Below are positions 13,393-16,305 of a DNA stretch of 16,305 nucleotides, piece after piece. The stretch spans positions 1 to 16,305 of the forward strand of contig JBAXOY010000071.1 in NCBI GenBank assembly GCA_037133055.1, written 5' to 3'. The notes below the pieces were generated by a model. That model did no database searches. It saw nothing but the letters and a program-made list of their open reading frames with translations, and was not told where the DNA came from. Each line of letters starts with the position of its first letter. Positions within the stretch are counted from its first letter, which is position 1. Made by a program: the position numbers and the translations under genes. The DNA comes from Chlamydiota bacterium. GTDB taxonomy: Bacteria > Auribacterota > Tritonobacteria > UBA1439.

Positions 13393-14166
13393 TCAAAATT
13401 CGATCAGGGTGATCTCCGGACGGCAGAAGATGCGGACCGGCGCGTAGAAGGTCCCGATGCCGGGGTTGACGTAGAGGGGGCCCGCCGGGGTCTGGTAGAG
13501 ACCCTTGTCGTAGTTCCCGGTTCCCCACGGGAGGAACGGCGCGCCCCAGAACGGGATGCGGAGCTGCCCGCCGTGCGAGTGCCCCGCGAGGATGAGGCTG
13601 AATTTTCGCCCCTTCACCAGGTCGGCAAAGGCGGGGTAGTGCGTCAGGAGCAGACGCTTTCCGCTCCCGTCCCCGGGCGCGATGAAATCGGCATGGTGGC
13701 TCGACGCCCCGACGATCGAGAGTTTTCCGTCGGGGTACGCGACCTCGCGGTCGACGAGCCACGCCCCGCCGGTCGACTTGAACGCGCGCGCGATCTCCTC
13801 GAACGCCGCGCCGCTCCAGTAGTCGTGGTTGCCGGGGACGCCGTAGAGGGGGACGCGGACGCCCCGCAGTATCTCCAGCGCCTCCGAGAGGTAGCGCTCC
13901 TCCTCGATGATATCCCCCGTGAAGCAGGCGAAGTCGGGGGCGAGGCGGTTCACCATCTTCACGACCCCCTTCAGGAGCGCCCGGTCCCCGCGGTAGTGGA
14001 GGTCGGTGAAGTGCGCGATGCGGTACGTCGGTTTCCTGCCCGGGATTTTGATACGTCGCGTCGCGATCCACTCCGGCTCGATCATGAGCGCGTCCACGAT
14101 GCAGACGGACGGGAGCGCCAGGAGCGCGAGTCGGAGGACGTGTTTTACGCCGAGCTTGTGGAGCAT
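13393..14166 (-). CDS. Calcineurin-like metallophosphoesterase (YkuE-like), N-terminal membrane anchor/signal (257 aa)
   Basis: All five metal-binding motifs are present: TDLH, TGD, GNHD, THYP and GHSHGGQ. C-terminal YVNPGIG...PVR..CRPEITLI. The start is taken at ATG 14166; the longer ORF-track extension overlaps the APC gene. Confidence 0.88.
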   Translation of the reverse strand: MLHKLGVKHVLRLALLALPSVCIVDALMIEPEWIATRRIKIPGRKPTYRIAHFTDLHYRGDRALLKGVVKMVNRLAPDFACFTGDIIEEERYLSEALEILRGVRVPLYGVPGNHDYWSGAAFEEIARAFKSTGGAWLVDREVAYPDGKLSIVGASSHHADFIAPGDGSGKRLLLTHYPAFADLVKGRKFSLILAGHSHGGQLRIPFWGAPFLPWGTGNYDKGLYQTPAGPLYVNPGIGTFYAPVRIFCRPEITLIEF

Positions 14167-14180
14167 GGAACTTTCCCCGG

Positions 14181-16169
14181 TCACATCTTGATCGGGACCA
14201 CGAAAAACGGGATCCCCTGGTAGTAAAAAGTCTTCTGCATGGAGAAGATAACAGAGTTGTGGAGCCAGCGGGACACAAGCGAGTCCTGGGGGAAGACGAG
14301 CCTCCCGCCGAAGAACACCGACTGCGGGAACCGCTCCTGGAGCCTCGGCCCGAGCTGGGCGACCTCGTCCACGACATCGGTGCCGAGGCACGGGATGCCC
14401 TCGGCCCAGTAGCCGTGCGCCTTGACGTAGGTCACATAGCGCGCGAGGTCCTCCTTCACCTTCGCCTCGAGCTTCTCGATATCGGCCGGACCCTTGAAAA
14501 TCCCCGCGTCCACCATCCCGACCTGCACGAAGACGAAATTCCTGAATGCGTCCCCGAACATGCGGAAGACGCTGTAGAGGGTGTGGAGGCCCATGCCGTT
14601 GAAGCCGTTCACGAGGAGGACCGCCGTTCTCGCCTGGCGGTCCATCTCCGGCGGGGACAACGGGTGCTTTTTCGGGATGATATCGAAGCTCTCGCAGCCC
14701 GCGGCGACGACAAGGGAATCGAGCGAGCGGAGAAGCTTCGCGGTGTTCAGATAGTGGCGCTTGATGAGGGCGACCGCGGTGACCAGCGTCCCGGTGACGA
14801 GAAGGGTGATCCAGCCCCCCTGGTCGAACTTGACCACGGTGACCGAGACCAGGATGGAGACGCAGAGGACGAGCCCCGTGCCGTTGAGGAGGAGCTTGCC
14901 CTTCCAGCCCTTTTCCTTTCCCCGCGCGCCCCACCAGTGGCGGACCATCCCGAGCTGCGAGAGGACGAAGGTGATGAAGACGTTGATGCTGTAGAGCACG
15001 ACGAGGAACTGCACGGAGCCGCGGGTGAGGAGCATCAGCACGAGCCCCGCGCCCCCCATGAGCAGGATGCCGTTCTGCGACACAAAGCGGTCGCTGAGCA
15101 TGGCGAAGCGCGTCGGGACCCAGCGGTCGAGCGCCATGTTCGCGAGGACCCGCGGGCCGTCGAGGAAGCCGGTCTGCGCCGCGACGAAGAGGATCGCCGC
15201 CTCCGAGACGAGCGTCACCAGGACGAAGACGTAGCCGGTCGTGCCCCAGCCGGCCGTGATGCGGTCGAAGAGGACCGCGTTCAGCGTCTTGCCGGGCTCG
15301 TACCGTACCGCGTAGAGGATGTAGGCGGCCATGAGGCCGAAGACCATGAATGCGAGCGAGACTGCCATGTAGCGCATCGTGCGCTTCCCCGTCTGGACCT
15401 TCGGCTCGCGGAGGATGGGGAGGCCGTTGGAGACCGCCTCGATGCCGGTGTAGGTCCCCGCCCCCATGCTGTAGGCGCGGAGCATCAGGAGGAGCATCCC
15501 GGCGAGCCCGAGCTCGCTCATCGCGCCGCCGACCTCGGCCCCCGTCCGGTGCGCGAGCGCGGGGATCGCGGCGCAGTTCGCCGCGAGGGACCAGAGGACG
15601 GCGAAGGCGTGCGTGACGACGAAAACGAGGAAGATCGGGACGAGCGGGAGAACGGCCTCCTTGACGCCGCGGAGGTTCAACACGGTGAGGAAGACGACGC
15701 CCGCCGTCGCGAAGATCAGCCGCAGCGGGTACCAGGAAGCGGGGAGGAAGCTGAAGATGGCGTCGGCGCCGCTCGCGATGGAGAGGGTGATGGTGAGCGC
15801 GTAGTCCACAAGGAGCGCGCAGCCGGAGACCATTCCGGCGGCGGGCGAGAGGAGCTTGCTCGCGACGAAGTAGCCGCCGCCGCCCGTGGGGAAGAGCTCG
15901 ATGATCTGGGAGTAGGAGGCGCTGATGATGAAGACCGTCACGGCGGACGCGAGGGCCACGAAGATGGCGAGGAGGGAGCGGCCGCCGAGCGCGAGGAACG
16001 CCTCCTGCGGGCCGTAGCAGGAGGAGGAGAGGCCGTCGGCCCCGAGCCCCACCCAGGCGAAGAAGGCGATGAGGGAGAGCTTGTGGAAGATGGCCCGGTC
16101 GTGGGGGCTGTGCGCAGCCCCTATGAACAGGACCTTCAGGCGTTGGGTCAGGGACAGACGGGGTTCCAC
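14181..16169 (-). CDS. APC-superfamily transporter, KimA/YdaO-like putative K+/H+ symporter (662 aa)
   Basis: About 12 hydrophobic segments. Motifs GADGLSSSCYG, SYSQII..FP.GGGGY.VA, LLVDY.LT, LNLRGVKEA and TGIEAVSNG. Cytoplasmic C-terminal domain ending FF.G.LVF.....V.RWLHN. GTG 16169 was chosen because it has a GGAAAGG RBS and the promoter at 16207-16235 overlaps the upstream alternative starts. Confidence 0.85.
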   Translation of the reverse strand: MEPRLSLTQRLKVLFIGAAHSPHDRAIFHKLSLIAFFAWVGLGADGLSSSCYGPQEAFLALGGRSLLAIFVALASAVTVFIISASYSQIIELFPTGGGGYFVASKLLSPAAGMVSGCALLVDYALTITLSIASGADAIFSFLPASWYPLRLIFATAGVVFLTVLNLRGVKEAVLPLVPIFLVFVVTHAFAVLWSLAANCAAIPALAHRTGAEVGGAMSELGLAGMLLLMLRAYSMGAGTYTGIEAVSNGLPILREPKVQTGKRTMRYMAVSLAFMVFGLMAAYILYAVRYEPGKTLNAVLFDRITAGWGTTGYVFVLVTLVSEAAILFVAAQTGFLDGPRVLANMALDRWVPTRFAMLSDRFVSQNGILLMGGAGLVLMLLTRGSVQFLVVLYSINVFITFVLSQLGMVRHWWGARGKEKGWKGKLLLNGTGLVLCVSILVSVTVVKFDQGGWITLLVTGTLVTAVALIKRHYLNTAKLLRSLDSLVVAAGCESFDIIPKKHPLSPPEMDRQARTAVLLVNGFNGMGLHTLYSVFRMFGDAFRNFVFVQVGMVDAGIFKGPADIEKLEAKVKEDLARYVTYVKAHGYWAEGIPCLGTDVVDEVAQLGPRLQERFPQSVFFGGRLVFPQDSLVSRWLHNSVIFSMQKTFYYQGIPFFVVPIKM

Positions 16170-16206
16170 GTGCGCGATGCCTTTCCGGGAGTGAGATCTT
16201 AGGGCC

Positions 16207-16235
16207 ATTCTATCGGCAAAATGAGGGGGTGTCAA
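16207..16235 (-). promoter_or_regulatory. sigma70-type promoter for the APC transporter operon
   Basis: TTGACA (16235-16230), 17 nt spacer, TAGAAT (16212-16207) on the minus strand. Confidence 0.8.
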
Positions 16236-16305
16236 GGGGGGGGCGTAGCCCGGTGACGTAAACTCTTTTATGCAAATTCAAGATAGGGGCTCCTGTGGAG
16301 TGAGG

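Noticed and set aside
12316..14934. N-terminally extended ExbD (to 13380) and phosphoesterase (to 14934) as fusion proteins
   Set aside because: The extensions overlap real genes in another frame and have shadow-ORF composition; internal ATGs give normal-length proteins.
5789..16202. Long plus-strand ORFs (5789-7375, 6931-9171, 7880-9007, 11263-12240, 13264-14223, 14259-16202)
   Set aside because: Antisense shadows of well-supported minus-strand genes in high-GC DNA; Arg/Gly-rich with no recognisable motifs.

Overview
GC-rich bacterial window with 12 supportable protein-coding genes, all on the minus strand, and no rRNA, tRNA, CRISPR array or transposase. In transcription order (right to left): a KimA/YdaO-like APC transporter, a calcineurin-like metallophosphoesterase, an ExbB/TolQ + ExbD/TolR pair with no TonB/TolA, two overlapping exported single-HKD phospholipase D-superfamily genes, a Tat-exported DUF362 protein, a NapH/NapG-like polyferredoxin membrane protein, and four tandem signal-peptide-bearing genes (a Kelch propeller, a clan CD/C13-like cysteine peptidase and two PQQ/BamB-like propellers). 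The main observation is that these four exported proteins have three unrelated kinds of N-terminal passenger but end in the same ~115-aa C-terminal domain after a Pro/Thr-rich or Pro-rich linker. I do not recognise this domain; it is a candidate sorting, anchoring or docking module. Two copies share a 377-nt identical tract, and a third differs almost only at amino-acid-changing codons. The intergenic DNA is highly structured: a perfect 40-bp palindrome between two TAAY-N17-GTTA boxes, four nested pairs of inverted repeats from three repeat types, and short duplications at gene 3' ends. All calls come from reading the sequence and motifs by eye; no database searches were run.
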